Shown here piece by piece: positions 55,201 through 64,000 of a DNA stretch of 64,000 nt. The stretch lies in the IMG/VR virus record IMGVR_UViG_3300048672_000430, positions 18,108 through 82,107 of that record; one strand, written 5' to 3'. A model generated the notes under the pieces. The model was not told where the DNA came from and did no database searches. It saw only the letters and a list, made by a program, of their open reading frames with translations. The stretch's first letter is position 1, and each line of letters opens with the position of its first letter. The position numbers and the translations under genes were made by a program. The stretch is from a virus.

Positions 55201-56517
55201 AGCGTCAGAAGCAGAGAATATTGAAGATCTATATACTTGATAGAAGTATCTAGAATCTATACTTTGAGGAATAGCTATAGTTAATTCTACATTTGAAGTT
55301 GTAGTAATATCTACAGTATCCAATAGTAATTGATCATTTGTTGTAATTATGCTATCAGTTAAAGCTCTTAATTTAGCTAAAATATTAGAGAAATAAGCTT
55401 GAACGTCTAGGTTGTCTAGATGTATTGGAGGAATCGCAACCGCTGGAGGTTGTGTAATTGATCTAAATTCATTAGAATTAATACTAGAACCTGTTACAGT
55501 TACAGCACCAGAAGCAGTAGTATTAAATGTTAAAGTTGTTGGAGTTATAGATGCTACTGTTTGTGCACCATTAATATCTCCTGTAGCCACTGTAAACCCA
55601 GCTAAAAAGATGTTAGAAGCATTCTGAACATAATCAGCAGGATTACCAGAAGAGAATGTAATAGTACAAACTCCTGTTGTTATTGATGCTGAACTCATTA
55701 TTAAAGGAGCAGATGATGTGTTAGCTAATAGTATATCATTATCTAATTTTGTTGTTAATGCTATCATTTGAGCACGAAGATCAGCAGTACTAGAGTTTGA
55801 TATAACTCCCACTGAAGATACGTAATTTTTATCATTTATTCTAGCAGTAGTTAAAGGAGTATTTGTGAATGAGTCTAAAGTACCTAATAAATTCATGTAG
55901 TCTTGTAGCATAGAATTTAATTGATAATTATAAACTAATTCTCTTTGTGAAGGGCTTCCTTGAATTAAGTTATCGTTAATATCTTTGTATCCCCAAACTA
56001 CTCTATATGCTACAGCAGAATCTTGAGGTAAGAATCCTGTAGTTAAGTTTGCTTGATAAACCGACTTACCTTCAATACTGATAGCTTTAGCTGCACCAGC
56101 AGGAGTTATTGTCGAACTACCAATAGTATTAGCCGTTTTTGCTGATAATTTTTGAATACCGTTATTAGAAGTAAAATATAGGTTACCATTTGATTCGATA
56201 AATTTCATTCTTAATAGATCTGATGCTTCAACAAAATTACCTGCGAATGCTTGAAAAGATCCAACTCCGTCAGAGTCATATTCTAATTGATTTGTAATAT
56301 GTCGAATAATTCTACCACGATATGATGTTAATTGTTTAAAAAGATCACTCGTTGATCCACCAGAGTTTCCATATAACTTAAAACCTCTACGTTGTTCGAT
56401 TATTCCATTACGACGAATAACAACATTCGATGCTTCTGAAAGAGCACCATCTGGTAGCGATAATTGGTTAGGCGAAGTATATAGACCTGCCGCTTTTAAT
56501 ACTACTGTATTTGCCAT
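52237..56517 (-). CDS. Tail nozzle / stabilisation protein (P22 gp10- or T7 gp12-like) with inserted beta domains
   Basis: N-terminal ALSEASNV...QRRG; propeller-like RVYYS...P, LFVFKEDGLY; position after the adaptor. Confidence 0.6.
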   Translation of the reverse strand: MANTVVLKAAGLYTSPNQLSLPDGALSEASNVVIRRNGIIEQRRGFKLYGNSGGSTSDLFKQLTSYRGRIIRHITNQLEYDSDGVGSFQAFAGNFVEASDLLRMKFIESNGNLYFTSNNGIQKLSAKTANTIGSSTITPAGAAKAISIEGKSVYQANLTTGFLPQDSAVAYRVVWGYKDINDNLIQGSPSQRELVYNYQLNSMLQDYMNLLGTLDSFTNTPLTTARINDKNYVSSVGVISNSSTADLRAQMIALTTKLDNDILLANTSSAPLIMSSASITTGVCTITFSSGNPADYVQNASNIFLAGFTVATGDINGAQTVASITPTTLTFNTTASGAVTVTGSSINSNEFRSITQPPAVAIPPIHLDNLDVQAYFSNILAKLRALTDSIITTNDQLLLDTVDITTTSNVELTIAIPQSIDSRYFYQVYRSSIFSASDAISISDITPNDELQLVYEAYPTSAELSAGSVVVTDITPDDFKGANLYTNNSTGEGITQSNEVPPFATDINRYRNVVFYANTRTKHSLLFNLLGVQSMIADYDLGNIPSITIATAASSNTYTFVTGLQEITTVQTVADVANSLNNAYFLIYAATGKKFCVYLETTSATAPNLGTDYTYVKVNFSTGSSANTIATAIKDKLSVYLSDFTCSSLTNTVTVTNVNFGAVTDPIDGTIATGFTLTVTTQGRGENIANKQVLLSTNVSPAIAVDETARSFIRCINQNSNETIYGFYLSGAFDVPGKMQLEARDLQIESEFFMLANNSTTGLSFNPAISPTALINDISVAQQTVITTSTNHGLTNLDFVVISSTNSTPSIDGIYEITYISPTTFSIDVEVTVAGTTGSMISSIDSITSENEVKSNRVYYSKLYQPEAVPSTNYFNVGAEDKAILRIFPLRDSLFVFKEDGLYRISGDSAPFQLNLFDSSFNVTAPDSVTVVNNVIFAWTTQGIQSLTEGGAQVISRAIDDQILKLGSVNYLHFKTATLAVGYESDNSYLVFTVKNFEDTVATKAYRFSTLTQSWTTYDKTNTCAIVNPIDDVLYLGAGDTNYLEKERKLFDRTDYADRELSSAFGNNFLVSPNIVKLSSILGYEPGDVLLQTQTVNIFDFNTFMDKLSRDSGINDPTYNTLAMVNGDNPRNKILALAKKLDLNANITVNDFEARIDDYVGTITDISGANPSIITSTGHNLITGRYIEITGSNSSPNINGVHKVTVIDANRFSIPVSVKIPGNAGSWQTDGQNFNDIRVCYNDIVSRLNSDTGVSFNNYRLNSLTTDMEAIIIEVDPIKRQLTLNVDLNFLVGEITIFKSIKSSVTYAPITMGDPLMLKHLREATLMLETRNITNAVMAFGTDLLPELIPVPFTMDGNGIFGHNTFGSGFFGGSSNSAPFRTFIPRQCQRCRFIVVNFQHNVAREDYRLLGATITGETQQSTRAYR

Positions 56518-56526
56518 TATCTATCC

Positions 56527-57741
56527 TTATACTTTTGTTCTATTACCGTTAACACCCTTACCAAATCTAAGTAAGCTGTTTCTATTAAATACTTTGCGAG
56601 GTGAACCTTCAGCTCTATTTTGAACTAATGTTGCTTGACCAGCTTCTAATTGACTAATTTTACCATTAGCTGTTTGTAATCCTTGTAGATCACCTTGGGC
56701 TTCTAGTATTCTTGCTACTGTTCTTTCTGCTAGTAAACTATGTAGATCACTAGGTATTTGAGGAATTATACATTCAAATTGTAAACATATATAATCTTCT
56801 ATTTCAAAATCTTCTGGTACATCTGCTGATTTGAATTTAATTGTTGTAGCAGAAACTACGTTTTTACCCAACTTAACATCAATTTTATAGGTACGATGTC
56901 CACCTTTCTTTTTTAAGAAATCAATAACAGAACTATTTTTAATATTATCTGGAACAGAATCAAATTCAATTCCTTGCATACTATCTAAAGTTAACCCTAA
57001 CGTGTTAGTGGTAGTAATAGAAGTTGATAATAATTCATAGTATATTGTCACTATATTAGATGTAGAAACTGCTGTATAATCTTCTGTACTATTAATTGCA
57101 GAAACTAAGCTAGCAGCAGTTGCACTATCGCTAACACCTATTGTAAAATTTGTTCCAGCAATTAGTTCGATTCCACCAATAACTATCTTATCACCAGCAA
57201 CTATATTAGCATCAGTAATAGTTAGATCTTTTGAAAAACCAGAACAAACAGCGGCTCTTTCATCTAAAACTAGGTTGTTAGGTCTTAAGTAATAAACAAA
57301 TACTAATTCACCGGTAATTCCCTCACCAATGTCTGTAGTTAAACAAACTTGGTTTGCTTCAAAGAAATAATGAGCAGGGGTAATATATCCATTATTATTG
57401 AATTGAAAAAAAGCTTTATCGGCTGAATCAATACGATTTAATTTACGAAGGTGACCACCAGAATTAGGATCACTATAATAAACATCATATACTTTTTGAC
57501 CGATTGCTCTATATGGTATGTCATATCTCGATTTACCAATCTTTAAAGGAACAGATTCCCTAAATGAAAAGTAATCTTCATGATACTGTAGAACAGAAGG
57601 TACTTGTGCTAAAAATAATTCATGATTAGCAAATTTAAGTATATCTTCTTCATTATATGTAACTTGGGATAAAGGAAAGGCACTATTTAATTTTATAGTG
57701 TCAATCAAATCCCTGCTAGTAAGGTACGGTCGATTACTCAT
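56527..57741 (-). CDS. Head-tail adaptor-like protein
   Basis: Helical N-terminus (EDILKFAN), YDIPYRA, PQIPSDLHSLL; position. Confidence 0.5.
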   Translation of the reverse strand: MSNRPYLTSRDLIDTIKLNSAFPLSQVTYNEEDILKFANHELFLAQVPSVLQYHEDYFSFRESVPLKIGKSRYDIPYRAIGQKVYDVYYSDPNSGGHLRKLNRIDSADKAFFQFNNNGYITPAHYFFEANQVCLTTDIGEGITGELVFVYYLRPNNLVLDERAAVCSGFSKDLTITDANIVAGDKIVIGGIELIAGTNFTIGVSDSATAASLVSAINSTEDYTAVSTSNIVTIYYELLSTSITTTNTLGLTLDSMQGIEFDSVPDNIKNSSVIDFLKKKGGHRTYKIDVKLGKNVVSATTIKFKSADVPEDFEIEDYICLQFECIIPQIPSDLHSLLAERTVARILEAQGDLQGLQTANGKISQLEAGQATLVQNRAEGSPRKVFNRNSLLRFGKGVNGNRTKV

Positions 57742-57775
57742 ATAATCCTAGGTTAAATGTTAAAAGAGGGATTAA

Positions 57776-58117
57776 TTAAGCTAATTTTTCTTTTAAAGCT
57801 AAAAGTTCTTTTATCTTTTCGTCGATTTCCGAAGCTGTAAGTTCATGCTCTTCAGCAGACTCATCTTCAGACTCTTCGATTTCTGGACTTTCAGAAAGCT
57901 CTTCTTCGGCAGATTCAACAGGCTTCTTATCTTTTGCTTCTAATACTTCTTCAGCAGTAGATAATCCTTTTTTTAACCCTTCTTTAGTGTTAGAAGCGAC
58001 TGTTACTTTTTTAAGTCCAGCCATCTTTTCACCCATAATACCTTTCATGTGCTCTCTAAGATCCCCTAGAACCTTTGTACTAGCTTTTTTCTCGATCTCA
58101 CTAAGTTTCTTAACCAT
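57776..58117 (-). CDS. Hypothetical late protein with acidic tail
   Basis: Directly downstream of a late motif. Confidence 0.6.
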   Translation of the reverse strand: MVKKLSEIEKKASTKVLGDLREHMKGIMGEKMAGLKKVTVASNTKEGLKKGLSTAEEVLEAKDKKPVESAEEELSESPEIEESEDESAEEHELTASEIDEKIKELLALKEKLA

Positions 58118-58161
58118 TTGTAAACCCCTGTAATTACTAGAATGAGAAATTATATCTCATT

Positions 58162-58173
58162 TATAGTTGTTAA
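58162..58173 (-). promoter_or_regulatory. Late promoter motif TTAACAACTATA
   Basis: Exact copy, intergenic. Confidence 0.7.
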
Positions 58174-58213
58174 TATATTATTATACCTTAAATATCCATA
58201 ACTTCAATACTGC

Positions 58214-58633
58214 TTATTTAAGCCTTTGTTTCAATTTATACTGGGTAACTTCAGAAGCATTAGCTATGTCCCCTAGTAATTGTATAGTTCCTTGACTAGT
58301 TTTCCCGTTTTTACATAGAACTTCAATTTTTGAACAAATATCCTTATGTAAATCCAAACAAGTCTTTAGTAATTCTTTATTTTCTTTTGCTTGTTTCAAT
58401 GGTAAATTAGCCATTTTTTGAGCAGCAGATGATATAATTTTAGCCTCATCTAATGACTCGTCGCCATAAATACCTATATAGCGTTCAATTACATCATCAT
58501 AGTCTGAATCAGCTTTTGAATAAATATCACTTAATGTATCGTGATCTTGATTAAAAACAACTCTAGCACATATATGATGAGCTGCGTGTGCGTATAGTTT
58601 TAAAGTTTGTAAAGTAACAGCTAATTCTAACAT
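58214..58633 (-). CDS. Ferritin-like / Dps-like four-helix protein
   Basis: AHAAHH...DH..L..IY...YDDVIER; C-terminal LLGDI...YKL. Confidence 0.65.
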   Translation of the reverse strand: MLELAVTLQTLKLYAHAAHHICARVVFNQDHDTLSDIYSKADSDYDDVIERYIGIYGDESLDEAKIISSAAQKMANLPLKQAKENKELLKTCLDLHKDICSKIEVLCKNGKTSQGTIQLLGDIANASEVTQYKLKQRLK

Positions 58634-58642
58634 AAATTCCCC

Positions 58643-59236
58643 TTATTTTATTATTGCAGCTCTCGCAGCAGCACGTTTAGCTTTTATTTCAGCAGGACAC
58701 GGAATCCCAGCATCCAATTCTCTGATTATTAAATAATCTGTATCAGCTAAATATTTTAAAGATTCAGCATTGATTTTTTCTTGTGATAATTTATTTTTTG
58801 TACCTGCTACTAGTGCATGTAATTGATCTCTAGTTGGGCAAGGTATATTTTTAAAGTTGAAATCTTTAATTTGATTATTTACAATATTTATACTGTCATT
58901 TTCGTAATCACGTAATTCAGTTTTGTCAGCTAAATACGCTTCAAGTAAAAATACAATATCAACTTCAGCTATCTCGATATTTTTTTGTATCTCTGCCATT
59001 TCCATTTCTGAAGGAAAAACTTCGTAATAAGTTTCAGTTACCTGTACAGTTTCTGTATAGCTAGGTATTGCTGGCTCAATTACAGTTTCACCATTCATTT
59101 TAGCTGCTACTGCTGCGTGGACAATTTCTTGATCCACAATTCGAGTTTTAGCTATTTTATCGAAACCTGAAGGAGTGATCGTAAAATCTACTCCTTCTTT
59201 TAATCCGTAATTTTCTAGTATTGCTTTATAATTCAT
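58643..59236 (-). CDS. Tail-fibre assembly / chaperone-like protein
   Basis: KYLADTDYLIIR...P.EIK.KR..AR; follows the tail fibre. Confidence 0.55.
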   Translation of the reverse strand: MNYKAILENYGLKEGVDFTITPSGFDKIAKTRIVDQEIVHAAVAAKMNGETVIEPAIPSYTETVQVTETYYEVFPSEMEMAEIQKNIEIAEVDIVFLLEAYLADKTELRDYENDSINIVNNQIKDFNFKNIPCPTRDQLHALVAGTKNKLSQEKINAESLKYLADTDYLIIRELDAGIPCPAEIKAKRAAARAAIIK

Positions 59237-59270
59237 ATTTTAATCCCTTTCGTGTTATGTATTCGTAACA

Positions 59271-62200
59271 CTATTTAATTTTAGTAATTTTCACTTGTGA
59301 GAATATATCCGATACACCTGCTCCTGAGTTACCTTCTCCCAATCCATAAGTAGCAAATGCACTAGATACAAAATACTGTAACTGAATAGTTTGTGCAGAA
59401 GTTAAATTTATGTACCCAGAGATGATTGATTTGGCATTAGTATCCCCAGTAGTTAGTACAAATACTGAATCTGAGGTCAATAATGTAGTTGAAGAAGTTG
59501 TAGAGAATAATCTAGTTTTTGTAGCTCCAACTCTTTCAAATGGAGACGTAGATTCAACATAATATTGCCCGGCAGGTAGTGTTATAGAGTTCCCTGCAAG
59601 AGAAGTTACAATTCCTGTAGGATCGTCTATTGTGTTTAAATCTCTAGCTGTCCAAGTCGTACCTACCGCAGACCCACCATTTGTTCCAGAAGCTTTTACG
59701 TCTTTGATTATAGCCACTCGCTGAACTAAATTAGGTATAGTTACCAGTGAAGGAGATTTAGAAGCATTGAATACGAAGTAACCTGAAGTTGGTGTGGCAC
59801 CGTTAAAATCTACCCCGACTGTTCTATTTACTGTAGTCGCTAGATTATAAGTAGCTGCTTCTATTGTAAGTATTCCAGTAGTTTCGTTGTAGTAAGTTAG
59901 AGTTCCAAAATCTGAAGTAGAGTTTATCTGACCTCTATCATAATTTATTGGAGAAGTTTTAGCTAAAGCACTATACGCATCTACTTGCTTACTTTTTAAA
60001 CCTGTACCAATGAATATATCTACTCTAGCTGGAGAAGCAGCAGTACTTGTAGTATTTGCAGCCCTACCAAATACCTGAATACCATTCGTATTCATACTAG
60101 AAGTAGTCTGAGTAGGAGCAGTAGTAGCTATCGTTGCTGTATTCGTATTCGCAGCATAAGTATAAGTATTAAATGTACCTATAGGATCTGAAGTTGTAAT
60201 AGCTGTAGATTTAAATACAAATGACATTGTATCTGAAGATACGTTTTGAGTAGGTGAAGCTGTAGCATTGTTATCTGCTGTAGCTACTATACTTAAGGTT
60301 ACGTTATCTGTACTGCCTAGAGCCGAACCTGACGAGATAGTAATAAAATCCCCAGAATTTAAAGCTAGAGAACCGTTGACTACTGAAAATTGCCCCCCTA
60401 CGTTAGCACTATTTCCATTTATTAAAGATGATCCATTTTTAAAAATAGATATAACGTTTCCGGCAGTATTTAAAGTAGCTGTAAAAGATATATTTAATTG
60501 ACAATCTTTCATTGCTACGAACTTAGTCCTAGTATTTGCAGAATCGTCCTGTATAGATATTATACCTTTGTTTGTAGTTGAGATAGATCCTACTGCCCAA
60601 CGAAATTCACCTGCCGTAATATCTGTCATAGTAGAGCCTAATGCTTTAAAACTTAGATAGTCAAAGTCAGTAGTCTTCATATTAACAAAAGGAGTTACGT
60701 CTACTGAAGTTAAATTCGGCTTACCTATTTTAGAAATTGTGAATTTAGCTTCTAGTGTTCCGTTTGTCCCAGAAGGATCTCCCTCTGTATGGCATCTGAT
60801 AACACTTCCTTTAGGTAAGTATAATTCAGCAGAGATACTATCAGTCTGGTTAGCCGCAGAAGTAATAGCTTGTGCTAAAATATTAGCTGCGGTAGTACTA
60901 GATAATCCTGTAGTTCCTTGAGTATCATTTAAAGTGATCCCAAAGTGAGAAGCAGCATTGAATACTTCAGTATAAGTCATGCTGTAAATACCATCAGAAT
61001 TTATTACGAAATACGCTCCAAGAGAGGCATCGTCAAAATACCCGACATCGCTTCCTAAATTCTGTACTGTATTGCTAAATCTTCTAATTTTAGTATTAGT
61101 CGATCCGTATCCGTTAGCTGTACGTAATTGGATACAAGAATCAGATTGACTCCATTGCGGCAATACGTTCGAGAAATTAGCAGGGATAGAAGTTTCTGTT
61201 AGGGATAGCTGTAGACAATTTCTTGAATCAGTAGCCGGGACAGCATCCATAACTATTCGTATAATATCTCCAACTACTACATCTATACTAGTTGAAACAG
61301 ATCCAAAAGAAGATGAAACTAGAGTAGACATAGCTTTAACTTCTGCATTAGAAGGGAAAGCCGTAAGTGTAGTTTGGTTTAGAGTTATCGCTATAGTAGG
61401 GTTTCCGGCCGGAGCTTTTAAATTAGAATATATGTTAAGCTTACCAGCTTTTTTCATAGTAACCACAGTACCATTAGCTGCTGTATTAGTTACTGTCCAA
61501 GCATCTCCTTGAGTAATAGCCTGAGTATCAAATTTAACGATAGCCGTATCTGTACTACCTCTAGTACTCGCACCTTCAAAACGAAGTGAGTGAGTTGGGA
61601 TAGTGATTTTAGCATCTGAAGATGTGTTTAGTTGTTTTAGTGATCCTGCTTTAGATACTGTAAAATAGAAGAATCCTAACGTGCCTGATCCTATAGAAGC
61701 ATCCGCCATAGGATATACTTTATCTCCGGCATTTAAAGGGCCAGACCAACTCATTTCCCATCCATCTCTAGTTGAGGCAGTTTGAGAACTTAATAAACTT
61801 TTCAGTACTGTTGCATCTGTGGTTCTTCCGCTTATTGCTGTAGTAAAGTCTGTCAAATTTTTACCAATACCAAAATAAGTATTTACTGAAATATCTGAAG
61901 ATCCGCTTAAATTAATATTATAGTATCCATCTTCTAATGCAGTTACTTCTAGGCCATTTACGGAGTCATTAGTTATTCTTAACGCTGTACCAACTATAGG
62001 TCTTATATTAGTAAAATAAGGTATATGTGTTCTAGTAGATCCTAGACCTGCATATCCTTGTAAAGTAGCTTGACTATCACTCTGCTGAACTAACTGTGCA
62101 GTAGTAAGAGGGATAGTTGTAGTAGTGGTAGTAGACGCTGTTAGGCCAGATACAGGTACTGAAGCGAAGAATGATACGGTATTGCCTGTTAGCACTACTG

Positions 62201-63998
62201 TAGAAGCATTTGCTTTGTTTATGTTTCCTAATGTAGTGTCGGATAGGGTCATATACGTAACAGAAGGCTCTATTGCTATCTGGAAATCTCCCTGCGAGCT
62301 AGACCCCACTAGACATAAACTAGGGATTATAGAAGTCCCTGCTGAAGTAGCTCCGGTAGGTAAGCTAATTCTAGCTTCCGTAGCTGTAGTTGTTCCGGCT
62401 ACAAATTTACCTCTAATCTCGTAGTTTTCTCCTACTTGTCTGTATTCAAATTCTACTCCTGTTGGTGTTCCGAAACCTGTAAAAGTTGGTGTATAGCTAG
62501 TCCAGTTTGTAGCGTTAAAAGTTGTCTGACTCAAACTATATGAGGTAGTAGCAATTGAAGCTTGTTCAATTAAAATATTATCTACAACTGTTTGACAGTT
62601 TGTTTCAGTTAAATAATCAATTCTATACCCTAAAGTTGTTGATAAATATGGTACAGAAAATGAATATTCAAACCTCTTAATACCACCTGCTACTCTAAGT
62701 GTAACACCAGAAGCTGTTGCTGTAGCTGGTTGATTTATAGTAATAGAACCAGTAGTTGGAGATAATGCAGTTACTGCGGCACCAGAAGGGATTCCTGCTC
62801 CACTAATTAAAGAACCTAATGTTATAGAATTAACAGTTGATGCAGAAAGACCACTTATTGTATTAGATAAATTCGTTGTGTTAGCGGTAATTGCTACACT
62901 TCCTGTAGGTATTTGTTGAGTTGTTGTAATATCACCGGCTTGATTCACTAATTTTATTGTGACATTTCCAGTTGTTGATGTAGACATTACATCTAAACTA
63001 ATTTTTAATACTTTATTTCTAAATTTTACAGGTAAATCAAATTCATTCACTAAATATTTAGCAGAACTATGTGTAACATAAGCTACTCTTTTATTAATTC
63101 CTGCAACACCTAATGTATTTGTAAAACTTACACCACTATTATTATATACGATATTTGTATTTTCAAAGTTGTCTTCATGAACTATACCATATCCACTATC
63201 TTCTAGAGCTGTTACTTTTCCAGTTAAATCGGTTAATTGTGTTGTATGTCCAGATACATCTGTTTGTAGTGTAGATATATCAGTACTTAAAACTCCTGTA
63301 TATCCGCTTAATGTATTTAATTCAGTAGTTGTTATTGCTGAAGAAGTTAATGTTCCTGAACCATCTGTTACAGCTACGATGTTAGGGTTTAATGTAGGTA
63401 AAGAACCGCCTCCACTTCCTGAACCACCAACTACTTGCCATCTAGCTGTAGTTGAATCATAACTTAACGTTAAAGCAGAATCAGCAGCCATTGTAATATC
63501 GGCCCCAGTTCCTGTAAGTATTCTTGTATTAGCAGATCCTACTAAAGCATCATTTTTAATTGAAACAGAGGCACCTGTTCTATTAAATATTGTTACTTGT
63601 TGCCCATTACTTCCAGTTGGTATGTTAGATATACTAACTAAAGAACCATTGGTTAAACGTATACCACCAGCACTAAATGCTGTAATAGCAGCATTAGAAC
63701 CAGTTACAGTAGAATCATCAATAGATTGTAATTCAATGTGTTTTAAATTTGTTAATGTTAAAGCAGAGTCAGAATTACTGATATTATTAGCTTCAGATAT
63801 TACACCACTACCGTTATTTACAACAATAGCATTAGCTGTACCTGATGCTAATTTTGTTCTATCAATATTAGCCGCTGCTTTAATGTCAGCATTTTCGATA
63901 TTTGTAATAGTATTCGAGTCTGCGTCGAGTGTTTTATTTGTTAATGTTTGAACAGATTGATTACCCACTAAAGTTGTTGTAGAGTCTGGTAAGGTAAT
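59271..63998 (-). CDS. Long tail fibre / receptor-binding protein (5' end outside the window)
   Basis: Thr/Ser/Gly-rich beta repeats, QTLTNKTL; the frame stays open upstream of 63968 (ITLPDSTTTLVG) to the window edge. Confidence 0.8.
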   Translation of the reverse strand: MTLPDSTTTLVGNQSVQTLTNKTLDADSNTITNIENADIKAAANIDRTKLASGTANAIVVNNGSGVISEANNISNSDSALTLTNLKHIELQSIDDSTVTGSNAAITAFSAGGIRLTNGSLVSISNIPTGSNGQQVTIFNRTGASVSIKNDALVGSANTRILTGTGADITMAADSALTLSYDSTTARWQVVGGSGSGGGSLPTLNPNIVAVTDGSGTLTSSAITTTELNTLSGYTGVLSTDISTLQTDVSGHTTQLTDLTGKVTALEDSGYGIVHEDNFENTNIVYNNSGVSFTNTLGVAGINKRVAYVTHSSAKYLVNEFDLPVKFRNKVLKISLDVMSTSTTGNVTIKLVNQAGDITTTQQIPTGSVAITANTTNLSNTISGLSASTVNSITLGSLISGAGIPSGAAVTALSPTTGSITINQPATATASGVTLRVAGGIKRFEYSFSVPYLSTTLGYRIDYLTETNCQTVVDNILIEQASIATTSYSLSQTTFNATNWTSYTPTFTGFGTPTGVEFEYRQVGENYEIRGKFVAGTTTATEARISLPTGATSAGTSIIPSLCLVGSSSQGDFQIAIEPSVTYMTLSDTTLGNINKANASTVVLTGNTVSFFASVPVSGLTASTTTTTTIPLTTAQLVQQSDSQATLQGYAGLGSTRTHIPYFTNIRPIVGTALRITNDSVNGLEVTALEDGYYNINLSGSSDISVNTYFGIGKNLTDFTTAISGRTTDATVLKSLLSSQTASTRDGWEMSWSGPLNAGDKVYPMADASIGSGTLGFFYFTVSKAGSLKQLNTSSDAKITIPTHSLRFEGASTRGSTDTAIVKFDTQAITQGDAWTVTNTAANGTVVTMKKAGKLNIYSNLKAPAGNPTIAITLNQTTLTAFPSNAEVKAMSTLVSSSFGSVSTSIDVVVGDIIRIVMDAVPATDSRNCLQLSLTETSIPANFSNVLPQWSQSDSCIQLRTANGYGSTNTKIRRFSNTVQNLGSDVGYFDDASLGAYFVINSDGIYSMTYTEVFNAASHFGITLNDTQGTTGLSSTTAANILAQAITSAANQTDSISAELYLPKGSVIRCHTEGDPSGTNGTLEAKFTISKIGKPNLTSVDVTPFVNMKTTDFDYLSFKALGSTMTDITAGEFRWAVGSISTTNKGIISIQDDSANTRTKFVAMKDCQLNISFTATLNTAGNVISIFKNGSSLINGNSANVGGQFSVVNGSLALNSGDFITISSGSALGSTDNVTLSIVATADNNATASPTQNVSSDTMSFVFKSTAITTSDPIGTFNTYTYAANTNTATIATTAPTQTTSSMNTNGIQVFGRAANTTSTAASPARVDIFIGTGLKSKQVDAYSALAKTSPINYDRGQINSTSDFGTLTYYNETTGILTIEAATYNLATTVNRTVGVDFNGATPTSGYFVFNASKSPSLVTIPNLVQRVAIIKDVKASGTNGGSAVGTTWTARDLNTIDDPTGIVTSLAGNSITLPAGQYYVESTSPFERVGATKTRLFSTTSSTTLLTSDSVFVLTTGDTNAKSIISGYINLTSAQTIQLQYFVSSAFATYGLGEGNSGAGVSDIFSQVKITKIK

Positions 63999-64000
63999 TG

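Noticed and set aside
999-63951. Many short ORFs antisense to, or nested in, long genes
   Set aside because: Shadow frames of well-supported genes; no RBS or motifs.
59271-63998. Diversity-generating retroelement or invertible tail fibre
   Set aside because: No reverse transcriptase, invertase or template repeat seen in the window.
1-64000. tRNA genes, CRISPR arrays, stop-codon reassignment
   Set aside because: No cloverleaf or repeat-spacer pattern noticed by eye; all three stop codons end genes and core genes are full length.

Overview
AT-rich 64 kb segment of a tailed dsDNA phage with a podovirus-like virion module. A Bdellovibrionota-type host is a tentative inference from the pilin-like, zincin and tail-fibre proteins. 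Left arm (1-4.5 kb, minus strand): trypsin-like protease, large terminase, M15 endolysin, degenerate GIY-YIG protein. A divergent control region (4.5-5.3 kb) holds a G-rich tract and seven sigma54-type GG-N10-GC sites. The early region (plus strand) starts with the most striking feature: two same-orientation P1-type twister ribozymes (5579-5639, 5871-5929). They would excise a 291-nt structured RNA that carries an internal splint for its own ends, i.e. a candidate natural circular RNA. Next is a phiEco32-like peptide-ligase cluster (COOH.NH2 ligase, amidoligase, class II GATase, ATP-grasp), interleaved with about 11 tiny proteins sharing a Q...YxF...IKII pattern, most below the ORF-track cutoff. 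The middle region encodes class II RNR, ThyX, a Cas4-like nuclease, ERF, primase-helicase, PolB, a C5 methyltransferase, an exonuclease, dNMP kinase, dUTPase and HNH/GIY-YIG endonucleases, with repeated sigma70 promoters. Right arm (44.5-64 kb, minus strand): holin, ejection proteins, tail nozzle/adaptor, ferritin-like protein and a long tail fibre. A TTAACAACTATA motif marks likely late promoters. No tRNA, CRISPR array, integrase, RNA polymerase, RNA ligase or capsid gene was recognised. All calls come from reading motifs by eye; no searches were run.
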